Source: Eubacteriaceae bacterium (GTDB lineage: Bacteria > Bacillota > Clostridia > Eubacteriales > UBA1433). From it: a stretch of DNA of 32,826 nt. Below are positions 8,630 to 17,396 of the stretch, in pieces; the stretch's first letter is position 1; every line of letters begins with the position of its first letter. Both the position numbers and the translations under genes were made by a program. The notes beneath the pieces were generated by a model. That model saw nothing but the letters and a program-made list of their open reading frames with translations, did no database searches and was not told the DNA's origin. Location of the stretch: contig JAAZOI010000036.1 in assembly GCA_012797825.1 (NCBI GenBank), forward strand, positions 1 to 32,826. Reading direction: 5' to 3'.

Positions 8630-8818
8630 ATGGCGAAACAATGTTATGTATGTGAAAAAAAACCGATAAGCGGAAATACTGTAAGCCATTCTAATAGACA
8701 TACGCATCGTGTTTGGAGACCTAACTTAAGAAAAGTAAACATCATTGAAAACGGCACTCCCAAACAAGTATATGTGTGCACTCGCTGTCTGCGTTCAGAA
8801 AAGGTTACACGTGCTTAG
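8630..8818 (+). CDS. rpmB: 50S ribosomal protein L28 (four-Cys, zinc-ribbon 'C+' form)
   Basis: MAKQCYVCEKKPISGNTVSHSNRHTHRVWRPNLRKV...VYVCTRCLRSEKVTRA, 62 aa. Strong SD. Confidence 0.95.
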   Translation: MAKQCYVCEKKPISGNTVSHSNRHTHRVWRPNLRKVNIIENGTPKQVYVCTRCLRSEKVTRA

Positions 8819-8843
8819 TAAAATAATTATCAAAAAATGATAT

Positions 8844-8880
8844 AAAAACAGACATATATTATATTTTGTCTGTTTTTTTC
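8844..8880. terminator. bidirectional intrinsic terminator shared by rpmB (+) and the thiN/small-ORF transcript (-)
   Basis: AAAAACAGAC (8844-8853) pairs with GTCTGTTTTT (8868-8877) around a 14-nt AT loop. T-runs follow the stem on both strands. The GC core is only 5 bp, so the structure is moderate. Confidence 0.55.
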
Positions 8881-8881
8881 A

Positions 8882-9049
8882 TTATTTGCGAAAAATCTTA
8901 TTCCACCCTCCGCATGTAAGCATATAATAAACAAAAGGTATTGCGGCGGCAATAAGACATATGTACCAAAACCGCTTAGGCAGCGCCAAAACAAGCAATA
9001 TACCTATTACCAGAAAATTAAATATGTCGCATGTTTTTTTTGACATCAT
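8882..9049 (-). CDS. small hypothetical membrane protein, 55 aa, two predicted TM helices
   Basis: It is not in the ORF track because it is under 60 aa. My translation is MMSKKTCDIFNFLVIGILLVLALPKRFWYICLIAAAIPFVYYMLTCGGWNKIFRK*. It has two hydrophobic stretches and positively charged ends, and is locally higher in GC than the flanks. It is co-directional with thiN and ends 2 nt before the terminator. The SD is weak (GGATGTG). Confidence 0.45.
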   Translation of the reverse strand: MMSKKTCDIFNFLVIGILLVLALPKRFWYICLIAAAIPFVYYMLTCGGWNKIFRK

Positions 9050-9129
9050 TTTAATCACATCCAGACAAATTAAAATATTAGCTTTTAAATCATAATATTA
9101 AAATCCATAAGAAATGTGCATTTTTATTT

Positions 9130-9774
9130 TTAATAATTATCCTGAGTAATTACAATTAAAGCCGTTCCGCTGTTTATTTTTATTTCTACAGTGTCATTAT
9201 CCGCATAATTGCTTACGCCGTACGGGTTTTCCTTAGTCATCACCGCGTTAAAAAGCGGATATGAAAATCCCTTTAAATAAATGCCGTCAATTACGTCGCT
9301 GTAAGGCAGAACCGAAATAGTTTTATTCTTAACTCCCGATAAGCGGATATAATTGTTTATTAAAAATATTTCATTATATTCATTAACAATTCTTACTTTG
9401 GATAAATTATCAAAGCTATATTTTAATAAGTATACATTAACGAGTGAATGGTCAAGTCTTGTGCCCAATACTCCGAAAAGTACAATATCGTTATATCCGT
9501 TCTCCATAGCATATTTTAAGCATAAAGAAACATCAGTAAAATCTTTTCGCTTCTGATAAGTTACAATTTTTGTTTTTTATTTTATAAAATCATATTCTTC
9601 TTTTTCAACAGAATCAAAATCTCCAAGGAGAACATGCGGTATAATGCCGCATTTTAACGCCGTTTTAAGCCCGCCGTCGGCGCATATAATAATATCCGGA
9701 TTATATTTATATAAATAATCTTTATAATAATTTAAATCGCTATACGTACCGTTGCCTAAGATTACAGCTTTCAT
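9130..9774 (-). pseudogene. thiN: thiamine pyrophosphokinase (ThiN/TPK) interrupted by one in-frame TAA at 9577-9579
   Basis: Track ORFs 9577..9774 (N-terminal 65 aa, ...CADGG...LLGDFDS...) and 9130..9507 (C-terminal part, ...GTRLDHSLVN...) are in the same frame. The 23 codons between them read KTKIVTYQKRKDFTDVSLCLKYA with no further stop. Joined length is 214 codons, typical of TPK. The ATG overlaps the rsgA stop (ATGA). Confidence 0.8.
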
Positions 9775-10646
9775 TTTTTGTAGCTCCTCGGATTAGAAGA
9801 AATTTCATTTTTTATATTTATATAGCTTTCATATCTGCTTTTACTTATTTCATCGTTTTTTACCGCTGCTTTAATTCTGCAGTCCGGTTCTTGATCATGC
9901 ATGCATGAAGCATACTTGCACATTCCTTCAAATTTTGAAAATTCCGCAAAACAATACTTAAGATTTTCTATATCTATTTCAGACATATCAATATTTGTAA
10001 ATCCAGGAGTATCAGCAATATAAGCACTCTCATTTAATGTAAGCAATTCCGTATGCCTTGTAGTATGTTTGCCTCTGCCTATTTTTTCACTTATTTCTCC
10101 GGTGTTTAAATAAAAGTCCGGACAAATGCAGTTCAGAAGCGTGCTTTTGCCGACGCCGGAAGGTCCGGCAAGCACTGTGGTGTTATTGTATAAAGCATCT
10201 TCAATACTGCCTATTGCTTTGTTCTTCGCATTGATAAAATGTATATTGTAAGGCGTTTTTTCATATATTCGTTTGATTTCATTTATTTTTGCGGCATCGG
10301 CAAGATCTGTTTTATTAAAACATATTATTACTTTTAGATTTTTATCTTCACAAATTGCCGTCAGTTTATCAAGAATTAAAAAATTCGGCTCAGGTTTTAA
10401 GCAAGCCATTACAATCATTACCTGGCTTACGTTTGCTACATTGGGCCGAATGAGCATATTTTTCCGCTCCGATATTTGGCTGATAACATACCCGTTGTCT
10501 TTGAATTGCACAATAACATCATCGCCTACTGTAGGCGTGATATTTTTGTTTCTGAATATTCCTTTTACACTGCATGTTATTAAATTTTTATCGTCAGTAA
10601 GAACAGTATAAAATCCTCCGACACCTTTTGTAATTTTGCCCTTCAT
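9771..10646 (-). CDS. rsgA: ribosome small-subunit biogenesis GTPase RsgA
   Basis: Circularly permuted GTPase motifs NKTDL ... GPSGVGKSTLLN, plus a C-terminal Cys/His cluster CKYASCMHDQEPDC. 291 aa. Confidence 0.95.
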   Translation of the reverse strand: MKGKITKGVGGFYTVLTDDKNLITCSVKGIFRNKNITPTVGDDVIVQFKDNGYVISQISERKNMLIRPNVANVSQVMIVMACLKPEPNFLILDKLTAICEDKNLKVIICFNKTDLADAAKINEIKRIYEKTPYNIHFINAKNKAIGSIEDALYNNTTVLAGPSGVGKSTLLNCICPDFYLNTGEISEKIGRGKHTTRHTELLTLNESAYIADTPGFTNIDMSEIDIENLKYCFAEFSKFEGMCKYASCMHDQEPDCRIKAAVKNDEISKSRYESYINIKNEISSNPRSYKK

Positions 10647-10655
10647 GTCTCCTCA

Positions 10656-12593
10656 TCAGTTAAACGTGATAATTCCGGACTGCTTTTCAATATTGTCTAT
10701 ATATATTTTATAATATTCAGTTCCGACACCGTTTAAGGTAACAGCAAACACTTCATTTGATTTGCGGCTGCTTTCATACTGAGTGCTTATATTACCGTCC
10801 TGGTCAATTAAATCAACTCTTACATATACATTCCTTACAGGTCCGCTTACTAAATCCGATAAATCAATAGTAATATTTTTTGATGTAATCTTTCCTTTGC
10901 TTATAGTAAGAGTAACGCCCTGCGTTTTGTCCACCAGATTATTTGCGAGCGGATTCTGACCGCATACCAATCCCTTGCTGTATTGCGTGCTTACTTCATA
11001 TTTTACGCTGGTCAAATTCAACCCCATTTTTACAAGCGCAGCCCTTGCGTCATCTTCTGTCATACCTATAAGATTAGGCATTACATAAGTTTCTTTTCCC
11101 TTGCTTACATATAAAATTACGCTTGTGCCTTCCAAAACTTTTTCGTTTGCTTTAGGGCTTTGATCATATACTAAATTAACATCATATTGATCGTTAAATT
11201 CTTTGTTTACTTCACTTACAATCAAGCCGGCGTTTTCAAGTGTGCTCCTGGCGTTTACTTCAAATTGTCCTGTAACATCCGGCATTACAATCTCTTTGGG
11301 TCCTGCGCTCAGCACAATTTCAACAGGCATTGATTTCTTAATATATTCTCCCGCTTTTGGGTTTTGACTTATTACAGAATCTTTCGGCACTACAAGACTG
11401 CCTTGTTGCAGCGCTATGTCATATTTAAGCCCCGAAGCTTTAAGCGTTTGTTTTGCCTGTTCAATATTCATTCCTTCAATGTTGGGAACTTCAATTTTTT
11501 TGTTTCCGCTTATTGTATAAACTGAAATAACAAAAATAAGCATAACCAAAAAAATTAATGATGCAAAAATAATCCTTTTTCTTTCTTTAAAGAAAATTAG
11601 TGCGCTTTTTCTAAAATCAAATTTTTCATAAGTTTCTGCAGGCTCATCATGTCCCTGCGTTAATATTATTCTCTCTTCGGGAGGCTTGGGTTTTGAGTAA
11701 GATTTTATCGAATAGGCTTTTTCTTTTTTTGATTCTTTTACTTCTTCATTATTCTCAAGTTTTGTATAAGGGTTATTCTTTGCTTTTATTATCGCGTTCA
11801 TCAATTCGAGCGCGTTCTGATATCTTCTTTCAGGAAGTTTTTCAGTCATCTTATTAGTTATATCAGCTACTGCTTGAGGTATATTTTGAGTTACTGTTTC
11901 AATATGAGGCACATTTGACTGAATGTGTTGAATTGCAATGCTTACCACGGTATCGCCTACAAACGGCAGTATTCCTGTAAGCATTTCATACATCATTATG
12001 CCAAGCGAATATAAATCGCTTCGCTCATCAACAAATCCGCCTCTTGCCTGTTCGGGAGATATATAATGCACGCTTCCTATAGCGTCGCCGTCGGAAGTAA
12101 CAGTAGTGCTTGTAACCGCCTTTGCTATACCAAAGTCCGAAACTTTTGGTATACCGTCATCAGTCATTAATATATTCTGCGGTTTTATATCTCTATGTAT
12201 AATATTGTTTCTGTGCGCTGTATCAAGAGCCGATGCAATTTGCAGCGCAATCGCCAGCGTCTCTTTCCACGTAAGACATCCGCGTTCTTCGATGTATTTT
12301 TTTAATGTCTGCCCTTCTATAAGCTCCATTACAATATAATGAAGACCGTCTTCTTCCCCTACGTCAAACACGTTTACAATGTTGGCATGCGTTAGTTTTG
12401 CCGCCGCTTGCGCCTCGCGCTTGAACTTTTTCAAAAACTGCTCATTGCTTACGTATTCTTCTTTAAGCACTTTTATGGCGACATAACGGTCTAACAGGGT
12501 ATCATATGCTTTATATATTACCGCCATGCCTCCAACGCCTATTTTCGCTATTATTTTATATCGATTGCTAAGTAGTTTACTGCTTGCCATCAT
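10656..12593 (-). CDS. prkC: Ser/Thr protein kinase with extracellular PASTA repeats (PrkC type)
   Basis: Hanks kinase motifs GVGGMAVIYKA, VAIK, HRDIKPQN, DFG and SPEQ. One TM segment (IIFASLIFLVMLIFVISVYTI). Three PASTA-like repeats (VPNIEGMNIEQAKQTL / MPDVTGQFEVNARSTL / MPNLIGMTEDDARAAL) are followed by a C-terminal beta-rich domain. Confidence 0.95.
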   Translation of the reverse strand: MMASSKLLSNRYKIIAKIGVGGMAVIYKAYDTLLDRYVAIKVLKEEYVSNEQFLKKFKREAQAAAKLTHANIVNVFDVGEEDGLHYIVMELIEGQTLKKYIEERGCLTWKETLAIALQIASALDTAHRNNIIHRDIKPQNILMTDDGIPKVSDFGIAKAVTSTTVTSDGDAIGSVHYISPEQARGGFVDERSDLYSLGIMMYEMLTGILPFVGDTVVSIAIQHIQSNVPHIETVTQNIPQAVADITNKMTEKLPERRYQNALELMNAIIKAKNNPYTKLENNEEVKESKKEKAYSIKSYSKPKPPEERIILTQGHDEPAETYEKFDFRKSALIFFKERKRIIFASLIFLVMLIFVISVYTISGNKKIEVPNIEGMNIEQAKQTLKASGLKYDIALQQGSLVVPKDSVISQNPKAGEYIKKSMPVEIVLSAGPKEIVMPDVTGQFEVNARSTLENAGLIVSEVNKEFNDQYDVNLVYDQSPKANEKVLEGTSVILYVSKGKETYVMPNLIGMTEDDARAALVKMGLNLTSVKYEVSTQYSKGLVCGQNPLANNLVDKTQGVTLTISKGKITSKNITIDLSDLVSGPVRNVYVRVDLIDQDGNISTQYESSRKSNEVFAVTLNGVGTEYYKIYIDNIEKQSGIITFN

Positions 12594-13323
12594 TTACTCC
12601 TGTTTCAAAAACTATTACTGAAATATTATCGAGTCCGCCCGCTTTATTGGCGGTGAAAATAAGCTTGTCAGCTGCCGCATCGCAGCTGTTATTTTTTACT
12701 ATTTCTTCGATTTCTTCATCTGTTACAAGGGATGTGAGCCCGTCAGTGCACATAAGCACTTTTGTCGGTTTTTGCAGCACAACTTCTTTTACATCAGGTA
12801 TAAGTTTTTCATTGCTGCCCAAGGCTTTTAACAGTATATTTCTGTTGGGATGAACAGCGGCTTCATCTTTTGTAATTTTGCCCTCGTCTACCAGTTTTTG
12901 CACTAAAGAATGGTCTTTTGTAATTTGCGTAATGCCGTTTTTATTTATTGTATATACCCTGCTGTCTCCTATATGAAACACTACCATTTTCATATTAAAA
13001 ATAATGCAAACAGTAATGGTTGTGCCCATTCCTTTTAAATTATCGTCTTTATTTGATTTTTTTAATATTTCGTCATTTATGTTCTTAATAATGTCTTCAA
13101 GGTTTTTTACATATTCTTCAAGGTTTTCACCGTCTAAATCAATCAGTTTTTTTCTTAATATATTTAATGCTGTTGTTGATGCTGTGCCGCCTGCCTTATG
13201 TCCGCCCATGCCGTCTGCGACGGCACATACAAATATATCGTTTCTGCTGTTAAACAGCGTCATAACTGCATCTTCATTTTTTTGTCTTACTTTTCCTACA
13301 TCTGTTCGATACGCTACGTTCAT
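12577..13323 (-). CDS. stp: PP2C-family Ser/Thr phosphatase (Stp/PrpC)
   Basis: RTDVGKVRQKNED, ADGMGGH and CTDGLT motifs. 248 aa. It overlaps prkC by 17 nt, the usual phosphatase-kinase pairing. Confidence 0.9.
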   Translation of the reverse strand: MNVAYRTDVGKVRQKNEDAVMTLFNSRNDIFVCAVADGMGGHKAGGTASTTALNILRKKLIDLDGENLEEYVKNLEDIIKNINDEILKKSNKDDNLKGMGTTITVCIIFNMKMVVFHIGDSRVYTINKNGITQITKDHSLVQKLVDEGKITKDEAAVHPNRNILLKALGSNEKLIPDVKEVVLQKPTKVLMCTDGLTSLVTDEEIEEIVKNNSCDAAADKLIFTANKAGGLDNISVIVFETGVNDGKQ

Positions 13324-13326
13324 AAC

Positions 13327-14355
13327 TTAACCTTCCTTATATATCCCGGCCCTCAGTTGACCGCATGCTGCATTAATGCTGCTCCCAAGCGTTCTTCTTA
13401 TTGTCGTGTTAATGTTATTTTTTGTAAGAATATCATAAAAATTTTTTATATTGTTTTCGCTGCTTTTTTTAATTTCTTTTCCTTCTACTTCATTTACAGG
13501 TATTAAATTTACAAGGCAGTTTAGCGTTTTAATTTTCTTTGCCAATTGCTCCGCATGATAAGCAGTGTCATTCTGTCCTTCTATTAAAGCGTACTCAAAA
13601 GTTACTCTTCTTTTTGTTTTTTCGATGTAATATAAGCAAGCTTTTATTAACTCATCGATCGAAAATTTTTTAGCTACAGGCATTATTTTTTCTCTTTGCA
13701 TCTGTATGGGATTGTGCAGAGATACCGAAAGATTTATTCCCGCCCCGCTGTCCGCAAGAGAGTATATTTTATCAGCAAGTCCGCATGTCGATAGTGTAAT
13801 GCTGCGCTTTGATATATTCAGAGTGTCTTTATCTGATACAATATTTAAAAACTCCATACTATTATCAAAATTCGCAAGCGGCTCTCCGCTTCCCATCATT
13901 ACAATATTATCTGCTCTTTTATTCGCGTCTTTTTGTATTGTGTATATCTGTGAAAGCATTTCGCCGGCGGTTAAATTTCTTATCAGCCCGCCTTTGGCCG
14001 AAGCGCAGAAAGCGCAAGCCATACCGCATCCTGCCTGAGTGGAAATGCATACACTCATTCCGTGTTTATAATTCATCAGCACTGCTTCAATTTGCAGGTT
14101 ATCTTCTGTTTTAAGTAAATATTTTATAGTATCTGTTTTATTCTCTTTGATTTTTTTGATAATCTGCATGTGATATATATAATATTTGTACTTAAGTTCC
14201 TGCCGTATTGAACTCGGTAAATTGCTCATCTCGTCAATAGCGTCTATTCCTTTATATACCCACTCAAATATTTGACCGGCCCTGTATGCAGGCCAATTAT
14301 TTTCTTTTACTATTTTTTGTATATCGGCTTTGCTAAGCCCGAAAAGATTTATCAT
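13327..14355 (-). CDS. rlmN: 23S rRNA/tRNA (adenine-C2)-methyltransferase RlmN (radical SAM)
   Basis: The radical-SAM cluster CGMACAFC, GSGEP and a C-terminal conserved Cys (AACGQL). The track start at 14370 is a TTG with no SD. I prefer ATG 14355 (MINLFGLSKADIQ...), but the start is uncertain by 5 codons. Confidence 0.9.
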   Translation of the reverse strand: MINLFGLSKADIQKIVKENNWPAYRAGQIFEWVYKGIDAIDEMSNLPSSIRQELKYKYYIYHMQIIKKIKENKTDTIKYLLKTEDNLQIEAVLMNYKHGMSVCISTQAGCGMACAFCASAKGGLIRNLTAGEMLSQIYTIQKDANKRADNIVMMGSGEPLANFDNSMEFLNIVSDKDTLNISKRSITLSTCGLADKIYSLADSGAGINLSVSLHNPIQMQREKIMPVAKKFSIDELIKACLYYIEKTKRRVTFEYALIEGQNDTAYHAEQLAKKIKTLNCLVNLIPVNEVEGKEIKKSSENNIKNFYDILTKNNINTTIRRTLGSSINAACGQLRAGIYKEG

Positions 14356-14405
14356 ATTATACTTATCCAATATATATTTTACAATATAATTATACTTTTT
14401 CTATG

Positions 14406-15728
14406 TTAACTTTTTACCAATTTGCATATATAAAATCCGTCTCCGAAAAACTCATGGCTGTAAAGCTTGATTTCACCTTTTGAAGATATGTCTATATTGT
14501 CGTAAAATTTCTCGGGAAATACAATATCCTCTAACGAAAATTCGTTGTTATCATTAAGAAACTTGCGTATTTGAAGCTCGTTTTCCTCCGGATTTATACT
14601 GCATGTGCTGTATAATAAAACTCCGCCTTTTTTTACATATTTAGCTGCGTTTTTAAGCATGCTTTCCTGCATTTTAATTAGGTTCTGTATATCCTGCTGA
14701 CTTAAACGCAGTAATATTTCCGGTTTGCGTCTTATTACTCCAAGTCCGCTGCAAGGAGCGTCGAGTAATACTTTATCAAATTTTTCATAGAACTCTTCGC
14801 AATATTCTTCCGCATCGTTTTTTATAACTTCTATATCCGCTCCGAAGCATTTAAATATGTTTTTCATAAATTCAATTTTATGTTTATAAATATCGCATGC
14901 CGTTATTTCTGCCTTATTGCCGGTAAGCGAAGCTATGTGAAGGCTCTTGCCTCCTGGTGAAGCGCACAAATCAATTATGCTGTCGCCTTCTTGCGCTCCA
15001 AGCGCGTACGCGCATAACGCAGCTGAAATATCCTGTACCGATATTGTGCAGTTTTTCATCAGTTCATTATTTAACACGGCGCTTGGTTTTAATGCCTTAA
15101 ACACATCAGGCATAAAAGTCGCTTCGCAGATTTTTTCTTCCCTATTCAATTCCTCATACACATCCTGCGGTGCACTTTTTAACTTGTTTACTCTTACAAA
15201 CATATCGGGACTTTTTAAAAAGTCTTCTTCCATCGTTTGCAGGAATACGTCGTCATAAAATCTGCTCAAATAAATAGTGAGCCAAAGTGGTATATCCGAA
15301 TCATTTTTAATATTTTCAAATTCTTTTTTTCGCCTTATTGCGTTTCTTAAAACTGCGTTTACAAACGATCCGGTCTTATTAGATACAAAAAGTTTCGCAA
15401 GATTAACGCAGTCGTTAACTACCGCATAAGCGGGAACCCTGTCCATAAAATAAAGCTGATAAATCCCTGCTTTTAATATTACTTGAATTTCAGGCTTTAT
15501 TTTGTCATAATCCACCGATGACAGCTTTTTAACAACTTCGGATAAAAATATATCTTTTTTTATGGTACCGAATATTATGTTTGTCGCAAGAGCTTTATCT
15601 TCATCTTTTTTTAAAGCATTAAAGTGCTTTTTTATTGATAAATTCGAATACGCGTCATTGTAATAAACATCGAAAAGCACTTTATACGATATGTTTCTTG
15701 CAATGCCCGTACTGTGATAATCTGCCAT
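14406..15728 (-). CDS. rsmB: 16S rRNA (cytosine967-C5)-methyltransferase RsmB
   Basis: N-terminal NusB-like region. The methyltransferase core has DLCASPGGKS, DAPCSGLGV and YSTCS motifs. 440 aa. Confidence 0.9.
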   Translation of the reverse strand: MADYHSTGIARNISYKVLFDVYYNDAYSNLSIKKHFNALKKDEDKALATNIIFGTIKKDIFLSEVVKKLSSVDYDKIKPEIQVILKAGIYQLYFMDRVPAYAVVNDCVNLAKLFVSNKTGSFVNAVLRNAIRRKKEFENIKNDSDIPLWLTIYLSRFYDDVFLQTMEEDFLKSPDMFVRVNKLKSAPQDVYEELNREEKICEATFMPDVFKALKPSAVLNNELMKNCTISVQDISAALCAYALGAQEGDSIIDLCASPGGKSLHIASLTGNKAEITACDIYKHKIEFMKNIFKCFGADIEVIKNDAEEYCEEFYEKFDKVLLDAPCSGLGVIRRKPEILLRLSQQDIQNLIKMQESMLKNAAKYVKKGGVLLYSTCSINPEENELQIRKFLNDNNEFSLEDIVFPEKFYDNIDISSKGEIKLYSHEFFGDGFYICKLVKS

Positions 15729-15729
15729 A

Positions 15730-16428
15730 TTAGTTATCCTGCCGACTGTTTCTTAACAATATCATTCTGGCTAATTGAAGAATTGCCATAAGCAGAGCGG
15801 CAACGTATGTCAGCGCAGCTGCGCTAAGTACTTTTTTTACGCCTTGTACATCTTCTTCATCCCCAAAAGTCATTGTATCTATCTGAGCAACGGCTATTCT
15901 ACTGGCATTGATTTCAACAAATAATGTTGCAATATGAAAGATCACAGCAAAACAAAAAATAAATATACCTAGATTCATCATAAAAGCACCGCTTTGTCTG
16001 CTTATAGCCAGCCCTATAATAAATATAATCCATGATGCGTTTGTAGCAAAATTAGCAATTGGGACAATCGAGTTTCGAAATGCAAGCGGCGCGTATCTCG
16101 TTGCGTGCTGTATGGCATGCCCCGCTTCGTGGGCCGCTATGCCTATCGCCGCTATGCTTGTTGAACTATATACCCCTTCCGATAACCTTAGAACGCGGCT
16201 TCGCGGATCGTAATGATCTGTAAGGCTTCCTCTTATATGCTCTATATCTACATTATTAAGCCCGGCGGAATCCAATATGCTCCTTGCCGCCTGGTCTCCC
16301 GATATATTTCTTGAATTTCCTACTCTGCTGAATTTTGAATAAGTGGTGTTTACTTTAATGCTTGCGTATATGCTTATTAAAAGTCCGGGTATTAATATAT
16401 AGAAAAATCCACCGTATAAATACATCAT
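15730..16428 (-). CDS. membrane-associated zinc metallopeptidase (YugP-like, Zn_peptidase_2 family)
   Basis: An N-terminal TM segment, an HEAGHAIQH zinc-binding motif and C-terminal TM segments. 232 aa. Confidence 0.8.
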   Translation of the reverse strand: MMYLYGGFFYILIPGLLISIYASIKVNTTYSKFSRVGNSRNISGDQAARSILDSAGLNNVDIEHIRGSLTDHYDPRSRVLRLSEGVYSSTSIAAIGIAAHEAGHAIQHATRYAPLAFRNSIVPIANFATNASWIIFIIGLAISRQSGAFMMNLGIFIFCFAVIFHIATLFVEINASRIAVAQIDTMTFGDEEDVQGVKKVLSAAALTYVAALLMAILQLARMILLRNSRQDN

Positions 16429-16450
16429 AATATCATCTCCTTTTTAGCTG

Positions 16451-17380
16451 CTAGGATAAAAATTTGCTTTCTAAGTTATATCCTATTATAAACTGTTTAT
16501 CTGTTAATTCTTTTTTTCCTTCCAGCTGAACTTTTTTCAGTTTCAGCCCTTTATCATTCGTCTTTACAACAAAGCCGTTTACTTTATCAAAATATATTAT
16601 ATCCCCTGCTTTGTTATTAAATGTTTCGCCTAATATTTCGCTTTCATAAATTTTTAATATTTTGCCGTCTATATAACATCTTGCCGCAGGGTAAGGGCTT
16701 AATCCTCTTATTTTGTTATTAATATTTACACAATCATCATTAAAATTAATAAACAACTCTTCTTTCGTTATTTTGCCTGCAATGCTTGCAAGAGTATTGT
16801 CCTGCTTTTTTGCTTTTGACAAATAACCTTTGACATCGCATAAAAATTCTTCTATCATACTCGCGCCAAGCAATGCAAGCTCATCATGAAGCTGTCCGGC
16901 AGTCATATTATCGTCAATAAAAATTTCTTTTTGTATTATAATATCTCCCGTATCCATTCCCCTGTCCATTTTCATAATAGTAATGCCGCTTACGCTCTCT
17001 CCGTTAATTATCGCCCTGTTTATCGGAGCCGCTCCTCTGTATTTCGGAAGCAGAGACGCGTGAATATTTACACATCCGTATTTGGGAATATTTAAAAGCT
17101 CCTGTTTTAAAATCTGCCCGTATGCAGCAGTTATAAGCAAATCGGGATTGCAGCTTTTAATTATATCAAGGCTTTGTGATGAGTTTATGTTGTCAGGCTG
17201 AAATATCTCAATATTATTCTCTATGCCTGCCTGCTTTACGGCGGAAAAAACTATCTTATTTCCTCTGGCATTTGCTTTATCCGGCTGCGTAATGATTAAT
17301 ACAATATCATTTTTTGTCTTTATTATAGATTTAAGCGCAGGCACCGCGAAATCAGGTGTCGCCGCATAAATAATTCTCAT
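16451..17380 (-). CDS. fmt: methionyl-tRNA formyltransferase
   Basis: MRIIYAATPDFAVPAL..., HASLLPKYRGAAPI motif. 309 aa, downstream of def. Confidence 0.95.
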   Translation of the reverse strand: MRIIYAATPDFAVPALKSIIKTKNDIVLIITQPDKANARGNKIVFSAVKQAGIENNIEIFQPDNINSSQSLDIIKSCNPDLLITAAYGQILKQELLNIPKYGCVNIHASLLPKYRGAAPINRAIINGESVSGITIMKMDRGMDTGDIIIQKEIFIDDNMTAGQLHDELALLGASMIEEFLCDVKGYLSKAKKQDNTLASIAGKITKEELFINFNDDCVNINNKIRGLSPYPAARCYIDGKILKIYESEILGETFNNKAGDIIYFDKVNGFVVKTNDKGLKLKKVQLEGKKELTDKQFIIGYNLESKFLS

Positions 17381-17396
17381 CCTTGCTCACCTTGTT

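Noticed and set aside
9050-9129. Looked for a SpoVM-like mini-ORF or a terminator between thiN and the 55-codon ORF
   Set aside because: Only trivial ORFs are present (MHISYGF*, MCIFIFNNYPE*), without SDs, and there is no hairpin. The spacer is simply AT-rich linker within the same transcript.
9508-9576. Apparent 69-nt intergenic spacer between the two thiN track ORFs
   Set aside because: It is not a spacer. It is 23 sense codons in the same frame that encode the expected middle of the TPK catalytic domain (…KRKDFTDVSLCLKYA…).
9577-9579. Possibility that the in-frame TAA in thiN reflects stop-codon reassignment (alternative genetic code)
   Set aside because: TAA terminates several well-defined genes in this window at the expected lengths (ylbJ, rsmD, rpoZ, remA, thiN itself). 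TAG and TGA are also used as stops (rpmB, recG; coaD, ylmH, ylmE). No other conserved gene here contains an in-frame stop. A genome-wide recoding would leave many more.
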